Assembly: GCA_034718535.1 (NCBI GenBank)
Contig: JAYEMX010000064.1
Coordinates: 4,328 to 68,327 of the forward strand
Length of the DNA stretch: 64,000 nucleotides
Origin: Patescibacteria group bacterium
GTDB lineage: Bacteria > Patescibacteriota > Microgenomatia > UBA1400 > CG1-02-47-37
Direction: 5' to 3'
Shown: piece after piece, positions 1 through 9,228 of the stretch
Layout: each line of letters begins with the position of its first letter
How positions within the stretch are numbered: the stretch's first letter is position 1
Notes under the pieces: model-generated
What the model was told of the DNA's origin: nothing
Database searches by the model: none
Seen by the model: the letters and a program-made list of their open reading frames with translations, nothing else
Position numbers and translations under genes: made by a program

Positions 1-2
1 AA

Positions 3-350
3 AGTGAATCTTTACAATTGCCAATTTACTATTTACTGGTTACCAATACTCAGAAAAGACCGGTAAAAAAAGCCAGTTATTGGTATGTTAACTTAGATAA
101 AAAACCGGTTGAGCAAAAATTGCCAAATATAAAAAAGGCTAAAGAAAAAATTTTAAAAATTGCCAAAGAGATTAAATTGGCCAGACAATTAGAGAGATTT
201 AAGTGTCCGACCAACGGATGTAGGGCGTGTAAGCAAATGAAGAGGATTATTAACGGAGAGGGTAAATTGGTAGGAGTGGATAACATTCGAAGAGATGTTT
301 ATATATTGCCGAGAGCTAGTAATACTATACCGGATGGAAAAATACTGTAA
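3..350 (+). CDS. PD-(D/E)XK nuclease family protein, C-terminal part (5' truncated by window)
   Basis: Frame is open from base 3 (SESLQLPIYYLL..). QLxxY motif and C-terminal CPxxGCxxC cluster resemble RecB/AddB-like PD-(D/E)XK_1 proteins. Confidence 0.6.
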   Translation, partial: SESLQLPIYYLLVTNTQKRPVKKASYWYVNLDKKPVEQKLPNIKKAKEKILKIAKEIKLARQLERFKCPTNGCRACKQMKRIINGEGKLVGVDNIRRDVYILPRASNTIPDGKIL

Positions 351-392
351 ATAGAGGGGTCTGTAAAAATAAACCTTTTAGGTTAAATTTAG

Positions 393-429
393 CACTCCTG
401 GAGTGTGAATTTCTTTCACTCCGGGAGTG
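393..429. repeat. Two CACTCC(N)GGAGTG palindromes (REP-like family D)
   Basis: cactcctggagtg at 393-405 and cactccgggagtg at 417-429; same core at 13950-13971. Confidence 0.75.
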
Positions 430-446
430 GAGTCTTTCTTTTGTAG

Positions 447-469
447 CCTACAGGGTCAGTCCTTGAAGG
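447..469. repeat. REP-like palindrome, family B variant with family A-like centre
   Basis: cctacagggtcagtccttgaagg versus family B cctacaaggagagtccttg(t/a)agg and family A acagggtcag. Confidence 0.75.
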
Positions 470-475
470 TTGAAT

Positions 476-874
476 TTATCTCTTTGGGGATTGGCGCTGG
501 CGACGAGCTTTACCACCCATGCCTGCTTTGCGTCGTTCTCTTTTTCTCGGATCTCTGGTAACCAGACCTTTTTTTCTAAGTAAAGTTTTGAATTTTTTTT
601 GGTTAACTTTAATTAAAGCTCTGGCAATACCATGAATAGAGGCATCTAGTTGACTTGATTTTCCCGAACCTAAAACTTTTACGGTTACATAATATTTTTT
701 TAAAACATCACAAATTTTAAAAGGCTCTAAAAATAAGCCTTGATTGACACTTCCGGGAAAATATTTATTAATCGGGAGACCATTAACTTGATGGTCTCCT
801 TTACCAGTAAATAATCTAATTCGAGCAATAGCTCTTTTTCTTCTACCGACTGCGTAAACATATTTTTTTGCCAT
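476..874 (-). CDS. rpsI: 30S ribosomal protein uS9
   Basis: GRRKRAIAR N-terminus, RDPRKRERRK..ARRQRQSPKR C-terminus; follows rplM. Confidence 0.97.
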   Translation of the reverse strand: MAKKYVYAVGRRKRAIARIRLFTGKGDHQVNGLPINKYFPGSVNQGLFLEPFKICDVLKKYYVTVKVLGSGKSSQLDASIHGIARALIKVNQKKFKTLLRKKGLVTRDPRKRERRKAGMGGKARRQRQSPKR

Positions 875-875
875 A

Positions 876-1301
876 CTATTTATCCTTTTTCTTTAATTTA
901 TCTTGATAAATATGCTTATCTGTTTTAAATATTCTTAATCTTTTTAAACGTAAGGCTCTTAGTTTGTTTTTTGGCAACATATTTGAAACAGCCCTGGTGA
1001 TAATTTTTCTGGAATCTTTTTTTAATTGACGTTTAAAAGGAATTTTTCTTAAACCACTGGGGTAGTTGGTATGGTGATAATAAATTTTATTTTTTTGTTT
1101 TTTACCGGTTACTTTAACATAATTGCTGTTAATAATTACAACATAATCACCACAATCCAAGTGCGGAGTAAAATAAGGTTTGGTTTTGCCAATTAACTTT
1201 TGGGCGATTTGAGTTGAAATTCTGCCTAAAACTTGATCTTTAACGTCAATAAGGTGCCAAGCTCTTTTAATGTCTGATTGTTTAGTGGTGGTGGTGTTCA
1301 T
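876..1301 (-). CDS. rplM: 50S ribosomal protein uL13
   Basis: WHLID..LGR, TPHLDCGDYVVIIN, MLPKN motifs. Confidence 0.97.
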   Translation of the reverse strand: MNTTTTKQSDIKRAWHLIDVKDQVLGRISTQIAQKLIGKTKPYFTPHLDCGDYVVIINSNYVKVTGKKQKNKIYYHHTNYPSGLRKIPFKRQLKKDSRKIITRAVSNMLPKNKLRALRLKRLRIFKTDKHIYQDKLKKKDK

Positions 1302-1303
1302 AA

Positions 1304-1669
1304 TTATTTTTTACCTTTATCAACGAATTCGATTTTGGCCATCATAGTGTTGTCCCCTTTTCTTTGACCAAGCCTGATTACTCTAGTAAAGCCAGAGGTT
1401 CTTTTTTTGGTTTTTGGAGCAATAACATCAAAGAGATGATTGGCGGCTTTTTGGTTAGATAAAAAAGCTATAACTTGGCGACGACAAGAAAGAGAACCCA
1501 GTTTGGCTTTAGTCATTAATTTGTCGATTAATGGTTTTATCGCCTTAGCTTTGGCTTCTGTGGTTTTAATTTGTTCTTTAAAGATTAAATTGGTTAATAA
1601 GCTTTTAAACAGAGCTTTTCTCTGTTTGATATTTCTACCAAGTTTTTTACCTTTAATTCTATGTTTCAC
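1304..1669 (-). CDS. rplQ: 50S ribosomal protein bL17
   Basis: KHR..KLGR, IKTTEAKAK, SGFTRVIRLGQRKGD; follows rpoA. Confidence 0.97.
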   Translation of the reverse strand: MKHRIKGKKLGRNIKQRKALFKSLLTNLIFKEQIKTTEAKAKAIKPLIDKLMTKAKLGSLSCRRQVIAFLSNQKAANHLFDVIAPKTKKRTSGFTRVIRLGQRKGDNTMMAKIEFVDKGKK

Positions 1670-1671
1670 AA

Positions 1672-2589
1672 TTACTCCTTAATAATAACGTCTTTTTCTT
1701 TAAGTTTATTAAGAATTATATCAATTGACTTACTTCCCAGGTTTTTAACCTTGGAAATGTCTGATTGAGTGGCCTTGGATAATTCTTTAACAGTTGAATA
1801 ACCGCCTTTTCGTAGAGCATTAGCAATACGGGTGGGTAAATCTAGTTCTTCAACTGATAATTCTAAAAACTCATTTTCATCTTCCTCTTCAACATCTTCT
1901 TCTAAGCTAACCTCAAAAGTCGGATCAACAATTTGGGTAAATGAAGAAATTAAAATAGAAGCGGCTTGCTCTAAAGCTTTTAATGGCTTAATGGTTCCGT
2001 CTGTATAAATTTCCATAATTAATTTATCCAGATCAATTTTCCTACCGACACGGGTAATTTTTACTTGATAATTAACCCTGATAACCGGGGAAAATGAAGC
2101 GTCTAAAATCATTTGACCAAGTTTATCGGTCTGACGATTTTTAGCCGGTAAATAGCCATGGCCGGCTTCAATTAAAAGTTTGGCGTTTAGTTTTGAGTTT
2201 TTATCTGAAAGGTTGGCTAAGACAAAATTTTTATTGGCAATTTTAACATTAGCCGGAGTTTTAATGTCCCCAGCCTTAACTTCTCCGGGCCCAACAGCAT
2301 TTAAGCTTAATTCTATTGGTTTTTCGCCTTTATAACTTAATCTAACTTGTTTTAGATTTAAAAGTAGCTCAACAATGTCTTCTTTAACTCCCGATAAAGT
2401 AGTAAATTGATGATTAACTCCCTCGATTGAAACTTTGGTAATGGCGGCCCCAGATAGACTGGTTAGTAAAACTCGGCGTAAAGCATTACCAATGGTTTGA
2501 CCATAACCTTTTTCTAACGGAGTTAATTCAAATTTACCAAAATCGTCAGTTTCGGCAATGGCAGTGGTTTTAAAGTTTGGTTTGATCAT
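1672..2589 (-). CDS. rpoA: RNA polymerase alpha subunit
   Basis: PLEKGYGQTIGNALRRVLL, DASFSPV, alpha-CTD. Start moved to ATG 2589, preceded by an AGGAGGT SD at 2592-2598. Confidence 0.97.
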   Translation of the reverse strand: MIKPNFKTTAIAETDDFGKFELTPLEKGYGQTIGNALRRVLLTSLSGAAITKVSIEGVNHQFTTLSGVKEDIVELLLNLKQVRLSYKGEKPIELSLNAVGPGEVKAGDIKTPANVKIANKNFVLANLSDKNSKLNAKLLIEAGHGYLPAKNRQTDKLGQMILDASFSPVIRVNYQVKITRVGRKIDLDKLIMEIYTDGTIKPLKALEQAASILISSFTQIVDPTFEVSLEEDVEEEDENEFLELSVEELDLPTRIANALRKGGYSTVKELSKATQSDISKVKNLGSKSIDIILNKLKEKDVIIKE

Positions 2590-2602
2590 AAACCTCCTAT
2601 AT

Positions 2603-3229
2603 TTATCTTGAGTAAAACTCAACAATTAATTGTTCTTGAATATTAATATCGATCTCATCACGTTCAGGCAACCTCTCAAGCTTAGCGGCGATAGCTTTTC
2701 TGGTTAACCATTTTGGAATAATTAAATCTTTTTTGGCTTTGGCAAGAAGGATGGCTACATCCGGAATTTTTTGGCCTTTTTTATTTAAACTAATAACCTG
2801 GCCGGGTTTAACCAAATATGAAGGAATGCTAGCTTTTTTACCATCAATTTGAATGTGACCATGAGAAACAAGTTGCCGAGCAGCCGGTCTAGTAGAAGCA
2901 AAACTGGCTCTATAAACCAAATTATCCAACCGTGATTCTAAAATCTGTAATAGTTTTTCTCCAGTGGCGGCTTGAGTTTTTCTGGCCATTTGAAAATATT
3001 TTCTAAATTGTCTTTCTAAAACACCATAGGTGATTTTTAATTTTTGTTTTTCTTTTAACTGAGTGCCATAATCTGAAAGTCTTCTTCTTTTTCTTCTTCT
3101 TGGTTTTTTACCGCGAGAGCCCGACGGATGGGTTTTTTTGGCAAGAAGTTTATCAAATTTTGGATTATTAAATATATTTTCCTCAAATTTTCTAACTAAC
3201 TTACCTCTTTTGGTTGATATTTTTGCCAT
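2603..3229 (-). CDS. rpsD: 30S ribosomal protein uS4
   Basis: SDYGTQLKEKQK, LESRLDNLVYR, ARQLVSHGH, IVEFYSR. Confidence 0.97.
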   Translation of the reverse strand: MAKISTKRGKLVRKFEENIFNNPKFDKLLAKKTHPSGSRGKKPRRRKRRRLSDYGTQLKEKQKLKITYGVLERQFRKYFQMARKTQAATGEKLLQILESRLDNLVYRASFASTRPAARQLVSHGHIQIDGKKASIPSYLVKPGQVISLNKKGQKIPDVAILLAKAKKDLIIPKWLTRKAIAAKLERLPERDEIDINIQEQLIVEFYSR

Positions 3230-3234
3230 ATTAT

Positions 3235-3615
3235 TTAACCTCTACGTCTTTTTTTAGGACGGCAACCATTGTGTGGAATGGGAGTGATGTCCGATATTTG
3301 GGTAACTTTTAATCTACTTGATCTAATAACCCCGAGAACAGCATCACGGCCAGAACCCGGTCCTTTAATAAAAACCTGAACCGTGGATAGTCCATAATCT
3401 TTAGCTTTATTGATAGCTGCTTCAATAGCGGTAGTAGCGGCAAACGGAGTTGACTTTCTTGAACCTTTAAAACCCGAAGCTCCGGTTGAACTCCAACAAA
3501 TAACATTACCTTTTAAATCTGTAATTGAAATTAAAGTGTTATTAAAAGTAGCGGTAATGAAAATTTTACCTGAAGTAATTTTGGTAGTTGAAGTAATAGG
3601 TTTAGTTTTTTTCAT
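3235..3615 (-). CDS. rpsK: 30S ribosomal protein uS11
   Basis: [30 protein letters not shown]. Confidence 0.97.
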   Translation of the reverse strand: MKKTKPITSTTKITSGKIFITATFNNTLISITDLKGNVICWSSTGASGFKGSRKSTPFAATTAIEAAINKAKDYGLSTVQVFIKGPGSGRDAVLGVIRSSRLKVTQISDITPIPHNGCRPKKRRRG

Positions 3616-3623
3616 ATGGAACT

Positions 3624-4031
3624 TTATGATTTATTTTTAGAGTCTTTATTTAATTTAGCGGCGTCATCTTTTTTCAAAGCTCCGACCGTCATTCTTCTAC
3701 CGCGTCTGGTTCTGGCATTATGTCTGGTTCTTTGACCTCGAGCGGGTAATTTAGCGGTATGACGCAAACCCCTATAAGTGCCAATTTGTTTTAATCTTTT
3801 AATATTTTCGGTGATGATTTTTCTAAGAGAACCTTCCGTGGGGACAATTTCTAAAGATTTTTGGATTCTAACCACTTCATCTGAAGTTAAATCTTTGGCT
3901 CTTTTATCAGGATCAACGTTAGCTAGTTTTAAAATACCTTTTATGTTATTTCTGCCAACACCATAGATATAAGTCAGAGCTATCCCTGTTTTTTTATTTT
4001 GAGGTAAATCAATACCGGAAATTCTTGGCAT
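3624..4031 (-). CDS. rpsM: 30S ribosomal protein uS13
   Basis: [30 protein letters not shown]. Confidence 0.97.
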   Translation of the reverse strand: MPRISGIDLPQNKKTGIALTYIYGVGRNNIKGILKLANVDPDKRAKDLTSDEVVRIQKSLEIVPTEGSLRKIITENIKRLKQIGTYRGLRHTAKLPARGQRTRHNARTRRGRRMTVGALKKDDAAKLNKDSKNKS

Positions 4032-4033
4032 AT

Positions 4034-4147
4034 TTATCCTTGACGCTGTTTATGGCGAGGGTTTTTACATATAACATAGACCGTTCCTTTACGACGGACT
4101 ATTTTGCAATTAATGCATCTTTTTTTAACTGAAGATTGTACTTTCAT
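4034..4147 (-). CDS. rpmJ: 50S ribosomal protein bL36 (Zn-binding type; below ORF-track cutoff)
   Basis: Manual translation [37 protein letters not shown], between infA and rpsM. Confidence 0.96.
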   Translation of the reverse strand: MKVQSSVKKRCINCKIVRRKGTVYVICKNPRHKQRQG

Positions 4148-4152
4148 AAAAA

Positions 4153-4190
4153 AATCTCAAAACCAAGTAGTTTTAGCAGGTTTTGAGGTT
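4153..4190. other. Intergenic inverted repeat between infA and rpmJ
   Basis: aatctcaaaacc (4153-4164) and ggttttgaggtt (4179-4190); followed by a T-run on the minus strand. Confidence 0.5.
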
Positions 4191-4198
4191 GTTAATTA

Positions 4199-4420
4199 TT
4201 ATTTTAATCTGTAAACGATTCGACCTTTGTCTTGATCGTAAGGAGATTGTTCGACTTTGACTTTATCTCCCGGAAGAACGCGAATTCTATACATTCGCAT
4301 TTTACCGCCCAAGTGACAAAAAATTGTTTTGTCTGAGTTGTTAATTTTTACTTTAAAAGTAGCGTTGGGAAGATTCTCAAGGACTACACCCTCTACTTCT
4401 ATAATGTCTTTCTGGCTCAT
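4199..4420 (-). CDS. infA: Translation initiation factor IF-1
   Basis: [40 protein letters not shown]. Confidence 0.97.
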   Translation of the reverse strand: MSQKDIIEVEGVVLENLPNATFKVKINNSDKTIFCHLGGKMRMYRIRVLPGDKVKVEQSPYDQDKGRIVYRLK

Positions 4421-4463
4421 TATTGTTTTTATTATATCAGATAATTAATAATTTTTCTAACCC

Positions 4464-5201
4464 TCATGTCAATATGACAGGGTCAGACCCTGTCACTGCA
4501 ATGGTGTGTTCAAACATGCCGGCCATTTGACCGTCTTTAGTAACTATAGTCCAATTATCTTTTGGGTCGGTTTTGGTGTCGCTTGAACCTTTCATGTAGA
4601 TAACCTCAATGGCAATAGTCAGGCCCTTTTTTATAATAGGGGTGTTTTCGATTTTTCCCTCAAGAAAACAGGGAATCATGGGTGGTTCGTGAAGAGTCTT
4701 TCCAATACCGTGGCCGGTTAAATTTCTGGATACATTGTAGCCGTTAGATTCAATAGTGCCTTGAATCGCTTTTGAAATATGTCCAATATGATTATTTACT
4801 TTGGCTTGTTTAATAGCCAAATCCAGGGTTTTTTGGCCGATTTCCAGAAATTTTAATTTTTGAGGATAATCAGTCGGATTACCAACAATAAAACTAATAC
4901 ATGAATCTGTATTAAAACCCTTGTAAAGCATACCAATATCAATAGAAACAATATCGCCCAGTTTTAATTTTTTATCATCGGGAATACCGTGAACCAAGCC
5001 TTCATTTAAATTAATACAGGTGGCCCAAGAATAGCCGGGTACCATGGCGAAATTAGGTTTACCACCGGCTTTTTTAATTAAAGTTTGAGCCTTAGCTTCA
5101 ATTTGACTTAATTTAATTCCGGGTTTGGATATTTTTTTTAAGTCTTGTTTTATTTGGTGTAATTTAGCACCACCTTCGGCCATTAAATTGATTTTATTCA
5201 T
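4464..5201 (-). CDS. map: Methionine aminopeptidase type I
   Basis: CINLNEGLVHGIP, DIG..D, GHGIG..LHEPP, AIE, FEHT metal ligands. Confidence 0.95.
   Translation of the reverse strand: MNKINLMAEGGAKLHQIKQDLKKISKPGIKLSQIEAKAQTLIKKAGGKPNFAMVPGYSWATCINLNEGLVHGIPDDKKLKLGDIVSIDIGMLYKGFNTDSCISFIVGNPTDYPQKLKFLEIGQKTLDLAIKQAKVNNHIGHISKAIQGTIESNGYNVSRNLTGHGIGKTLHEPPMIPCFLEGKIENTPIIKKGLTIAIEVIYMKGSSDTKTDPKDNWTIVTKDGQMAGMFEHTIAVTGSDPVILT
4475..4495. repeat. REP-like palindrome family A, inside map coding sequence
   Basis: tgacagggtcagaccctgtca, identical to the copies flanking the RAYT at 37347; encodes VTGSDPV. Confidence 0.9.
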
Positions 5202-5764
5202 TGTGTTTGTTTTTTGATAAGATTGAGGGTGTGGTTAAGTTTTTTAAATAGTTTTTTGGTTTGTTTGTTATTTTTAATTAAAAAGTCAGCCATGGCAATT
5301 GGTCCGCCTTTGTGAAGGTTAACTAGTTCGGCGGTGTCACGTTGACTAGCTTGGGTTTTATTTAAAGAACGAACTGATCTTTTGGCTAAGCGCTGATAAC
5401 GAATTGATGGACGAGCATAAATACAAATAAGAGATAAGTGGTTAAATTTGCTTTTTAAATAAGTGTATTCTTCCCAAGAGTAAAGACCGTCTAAAAAAAC
5501 TATATTTGATTTTTTTAAAACTTTATCAATGCGAGGCTTAATTTTTATAGCCATGGCGGCCATACCAAGTTTTTTTCGAATATCTTCCCGATATTTTTTT
5601 TCATTAATTTCAGTTAAGGGAAGTCCCAGTTCTTTTAGGCCAATATCTGTTTGGTCGCCAAAACGTAAAACCGGATAGCCTTGTTTTTTAAAATGATCAC
5701 AACTGGTAGATTTACCGCTACCAGCCATGCCGACTATGGCAATGATAGTTTTTTTATCAGTCAT
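5198..5764 (-). CDS. P-loop nucleotide kinase (dephospho-CoA/NMP kinase-like, archaeal UPF0200-like)
   Basis: Walker A GMAGSGKS, DG-L-x-S-x-x-E, R..RL..R and C-terminal IAMADFLIKN pattern. Confidence 0.7.
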   Translation of the reverse strand: MTDKKTIIAIVGMAGSGKSTSCDHFKKQGYPVLRFGDQTDIGLKELGLPLTEINEKKYREDIRKKLGMAAMAIKIKPRIDKVLKKSNIVFLDGLYSWEEYTYLKSKFNHLSLICIYARPSIRYQRLAKRSVRSLNKTQASQRDTAELVNLHKGGPIAMADFLIKNNKQTKKLFKKLNHTLNLIKKQTQ

Positions 5765-6332
5765 GATTAACTGTTTTTAATACATCTTGGTGAATGGCAG
5801 GTATAGATTGTTCACCGTTGATGGTTTTTAATAAATTGTTCTCTTTATAAAATTTTAGAACGTCAGCTTCTTGCTCGTGATAGATTTTTAAGCGAGAGGT
5901 AATTTTTTCTTTTGAGTCATGAAGAGAGCCATCCGGACTTTTTCGACCTCTTTTAAGTAAGCGTTTAATTGATTCCTCTTGTGAAATATCAAGATAAAAA
6001 ACAAAATTTACGGTTTTATTATATTTATTTAGTTTGTCAGCTAAAAATAAAGCTTGGGTGTGGTTTCTGGGAAAACCATCAATAATAAAACCAGACTGAA
6101 CATCCGGTTGTTTAAGTCTATGTTTCCATAAAACAAATATTTCCGAATCGGCCAAATAGTGGCCTGTTTTAAAAACTTCTCGACAAGAGTCACCCATTAT
6201 GCCTTGATCTTCGGCGGCATATTTTCTGACCAGGTCGCCTGAGCCCAAATAAGGAATATTAAGTTTTTTAGACAACATTTTGGCTTGAGTTGATTTGCCC
6301 GAGCCTTCCGGGCCGTAAAATATTATAAACAT
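5757..6332 (-). CDS. adk: Adenylate kinase (short LID)
   Basis: GPEGSGKSTQA, SGDLVR, GFIIDGFPR; lies between secY and map. Confidence 0.9.
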   Translation of the reverse strand: MFIIFYGPEGSGKSTQAKMLSKKLNIPYLGSGDLVRKYAAEDQGIMGDSCREVFKTGHYLADSEIFVLWKHRLKQPDVQSGFIIDGFPRNHTQALFLADKLNKYNKTVNFVFYLDISQEESIKRLLKRGRKSPDGSLHDSKEKITSRLKIYHEQEADVLKFYKENNLLKTINGEQSIPAIHQDVLKTVNHD

Positions 6333-6340
6333 AGATAATT

Positions 6341-6402
6341 AAGGTTCGGAATAAAAGGTTACGAACTCGAACTTTTTAAAGTTCGTAACCCTACAGAACC
6401 TT
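6341..6402. repeat. Nested family C elements in the secY-adk spacer
   Basis: Outer aaggttc(6341-6347)..gaacctt(6396-6402) encloses ggttacgaact(6357-6367)..agttcgtaacc(6380-6390). Confidence 0.8.
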
Positions 6403-6405
6403 TAT

Positions 6406-7680
6406 TTAGAGGAAACTGTCATAGTTTCGCATAATTAATTGAGATTCAAAGTTTTTACTAGTTTCAAGAATAACAGAAACAACGATTAAAATACCAGTAC
6501 CGCCAATAGTCATGGTGGTAATATTGGTTATATATCTGGCAATAGAAGGCAAAATAGCTATAAATCCTAAAAATAAAGCCCCGGCTAAAGTAATTCTGCT
6601 TAAAACATAAGAGAGATAGTCGGCAGTAGACTTGCCCGGTCTGATCCCGGGAATAAAGCCACCGTTTTTTTTGATGTCTTCGGAAATTTTATCCGGATTA
6701 AAAGTAACAGCAGTATAAAAATAAGTAAAAGCAATTACCAAGGTTAAATAAATAAGGTGGTAAGGAACTTTATTCGGATCAAAAAGGTTAACCAAACCAG
6801 TGGCAAAAGCAACTATTTTAGGGTTATTAACTTCGGTTAAAAATCTACCTAAAACAGATGGCATTAAAACCAAAGAAACGGCAAAAATAATCGGAATAAC
6901 TCCGGCTTGATTAACTCTTAAAGGTAGATGAGTTGATTGACCCGGTTGAGTACGACCACTAACTCTTCTGGCATAACGAACTTTAATTTGACGAGTAGCT
7001 TCATTAACATAAATAACTCCAGAGATAACCGCTAAGCTTAAAACAGTAAAAGTAATAATACTGGTAAAATTTAAGGTTTGACTAATTGAAGAGGTTTGAA
7101 GTAAAGAAACTGGAAGACGACCAACAATACCGGCAAAAATCAATAAGGAAATTCCATTACCAATGCCATATTCTGTAAGGAGTTCACCCAGCCACATTAA
7201 TAAAACCGTACCGGCCACCATAGTAATAACCGTACTAATGGCAAATATGGGGCTTGATAAAGATATTATTTGTTGGTTTTTTAGTAAGGCAACCATACCA
7301 ATACTTTGAATAGCGGCTAAAGGAATAGATAATATTCTAGTCCATTGATTAATTTTTTCTCGACCATACTCACCTTCTTTGCTGATTTCTTCAAGCTTGG
7401 GAAAGATCATGGTAAGAAGGTTAAAAACAATTGAGGCATTAATGTAAGGGCCTAATCCCAAAGCCATAACTGAAAAATTAGCTAAGGTGCCACCGGAAAA
7501 AATATCTAAAAGACCTAAAAGTTCACTGGAGCCAAAAAGTTGTTTTAAAGCGCTAAGATTAACACCGGGAACCGGAATGTGGGCAATAAAACGAAAAATA
7601 ATAAAAATAAAAAGAGTGATTAATATTTTTTTTCTTAAATCTTTAATTTTAAATATATTTAAAATCGGTTGAATATTCAT
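6406..7680 (-). CDS. secY: Preprotein translocase subunit SecY
   Basis: [44 protein letters not shown]. Confidence 0.98.
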   Translation of the reverse strand: MNIQPILNIFKIKDLRKKILITLFIFIIFRFIAHIPVPGVNLSALKQLFGSSELLGLLDIFSGGTLANFSVMALGLGPYINASIVFNLLTMIFPKLEEISKEGEYGREKINQWTRILSIPLAAIQSIGMVALLKNQQIISLSSPIFAISTVITMVAGTVLLMWLGELLTEYGIGNGISLLIFAGIVGRLPVSLLQTSSISQTLNFTSIITFTVLSLAVISGVIYVNEATRQIKVRYARRVSGRTQPGQSTHLPLRVNQAGVIPIIFAVSLVLMPSVLGRFLTEVNNPKIVAFATGLVNLFDPNKVPYHLIYLTLVIAFTYFYTAVTFNPDKISEDIKKNGGFIPGIRPGKSTADYLSYVLSRITLAGALFLGFIAILPSIARYITNITTMTIGGTGILIVVSVILETSKNFESQLIMRNYDSFL

Positions 7681-7694
7681 TTAGATAATGAACC

Positions 7695-8369
7695 TTAGGT
7701 TATTTTTTGTGATGATTTTTTCTTTTTCTTTGATGCTCCCGAAGTGCCTTTTAAGGTGACACCTTCCGGCTTCGCCGTCCCGACTCGAGATTCTCTCGTG
7801 TCTCCTGTTAAGGTCTCACCTTTTCTTCGAGGGTGAACTTTTTTCTTTTTCTTTTTGGGAGCATGTTTTTCTTTTAAGGTCTCACCTTTTCTTCGAGGGT
7901 GAACTTTTTTCTTTTTGGGAGTGATAGATGTTATTTTGCCACCAGCTTTTTTAATTTTTTTAGCGGCTGATTTTGAAACAGGCAGAGCAACATTTAAAGC
8001 AACTTTAAGATCACCATCTCCCAAGATTTTTACTGGCAAACCTTTAACTTTGACCGGTAAAATTTTGTTTTTGATTAAAGTTTTAACAGAAACAGTTTGG
8101 TTTTTCTTAAAACCGGCTAAGTGTTTTAGGTTTATAATGATTGGCTTTACCTTAACCGATTTATTTTTAAGCTTTCCGCGTAACATGGGAATTCTTCTGA
8201 TTAAGCTTTTTCTCATTGGTGTGCCTTCAAAGTAAAGAGGGACTTTACCTCTGGCTTTTTGACCTTTGGCTCCACGACCGGAAGTATGACCACCTTTACC
8301 AGAACCATAACCACGACCGACTCTTTTTTTAGATTTGGTTTTTGTTTTTGTGAGGGTGTTTAATGACAT
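7695..8369 (-). CDS. rplO: 50S ribosomal protein uL15 with ~75-aa repeat-derived C-terminal extension
   Basis: RVGRGYGSGKGGHTSGRGAKGQKAR, FEG, VKILGDG, SKSAAKKIKKAGG; then a duplicated VHPRRKGETL extension. Confidence 0.95.
   Translation of the reverse strand: MSLNTLTKTKTKSKKRVGRGYGSGKGGHTSGRGAKGQKARGKVPLYFEGTPMRKSLIRRIPMLRGKLKNKSVKVKPIIINLKHLAGFKKNQTVSVKTLIKNKILPVKVKGLPVKILGDGDLKVALNVALPVSKSAAKKIKKAGGKITSITPKKKKVHPRRKGETLKEKHAPKKKKKKVHPRRKGETLTGDTRESRVGTAKPEGVTLKGTSGASKKKKKSSQKIT
7751..7916. repeat. Exact 43-bp direct repeat plus related palindromes in the rplO 3' extension
   Basis: ttaaggtctcaccttttcttcgagggtgaacttttttcttttt at 7808-7850 and 7874-7916; aaggtgacacctt at 7753-7765. Confidence 0.85.
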
Positions 8370-8385
8370 ATTGTCTCCTTAATTA

Positions 8386-8874
8386 TCAGTTTTTTCTTGG
8401 CTGAAGTTGTTTTAATGCTTTAATGGTGCAGTAAACGTTTGAGGCTTTGTTTCTGGTTCCAAGGACTTTACTGGAAATATTTTTGACTCCGGCGGCTTCC
8501 ATAACCGATCGAACAGCTCCACCCGCAATAAGACCACTACCTTTTGGAGCCGGTTTGAGCATGACTTTAGCGGCACCAAATTTAACTAAAATATCGTGAG
8601 GAATGGTACCTTTTCTTATGGGTACTTTAATAAGATTTTTTTTAGCTCTTCTAATGCCTTTTTTGATTGAGGAGAGAACATCCGGAGCTTTACCCAAACC
8701 AACTCCAACTCTACCTTTTTTATCTCCAACAACCATTAGAACGGAAAAACCGATTTGATTACCACCTTTGGTTTTTTTGGAAACACGATTAACTTGAATA
8801 ACTTTTTCATCAAATTCTTTGTCTTTTCGATATCTGTTTTGATTTCTGGTATTTCTTGGCATTGGTTTGTTCAT
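8386..8874 (-). CDS. rpsE: 30S ribosomal protein uS5
   Basis: [39 protein letters not shown]. Confidence 0.97.
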   Translation of the reverse strand: MNKPMPRNTRNQNRYRKDKEFDEKVIQVNRVSKKTKGGNQIGFSVLMVVGDKKGRVGVGLGKAPDVLSSIKKGIRRAKKNLIKVPIRKGTIPHDILVKFGAAKVMLKPAPKGSGLIAGGAVRSVMEAAGVKNISSKVLGTRNKASNVYCTIKALKQLQPRKN

Positions 8875-8875
8875 A

Positions 8876-9226
8876 TTAAAATTTTAAACCGGCTTTTCTG
8901 GCGGCCTCCGCTAAAGCTTTAACACGACCATGATATTTATATGAGCCACGATCAAAAGCTACTTTATTAATTTTTTTGAGTTTGGCTTTTTTAGCAATAG
9001 TTTCACCAATATTTTTAGCTAACTCTACTTTAGTTTTTTTCTTTGGATCAAGATTTTTACTATTAGCATTAACTAAAGTTACTCCTTTGATATCGTCGAT
9101 AATTTGAGCAGAGGTGTATTTATTGGATCTAAAAACAGTTAACCTCGGTCTTTTTTGATTGGTAGTTAAACTAGCTCTGGTTCTGATTTTTCTTTTGGTT
9201 TTTAAATTTTTGTATCTATTAATCAT
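8876..9226 (-). CDS. rplR: 50S ribosomal protein uL18
   Basis: [26 protein letters not shown]. Confidence 0.97.
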   Translation of the reverse strand: MINRYKNLKTKRKIRTRASLTTNQKRPRLTVFRSNKYTSAQIIDDIKGVTLVNANSKNLDPKKKTKVELAKNIGETIAKKAKLKKINKVAFDRGSYKYHGRVKALAEAARKAGLKF

Positions 9227-9228
9227 AT

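Noticed and set aside
7808-7916. 43-bp duplication as a mini-CRISPR or DGR TR/VR pair
   Set aside because: Only two exact copies, in frame within rplO; no adenine-specific differences and no reverse transcriptase in the window.
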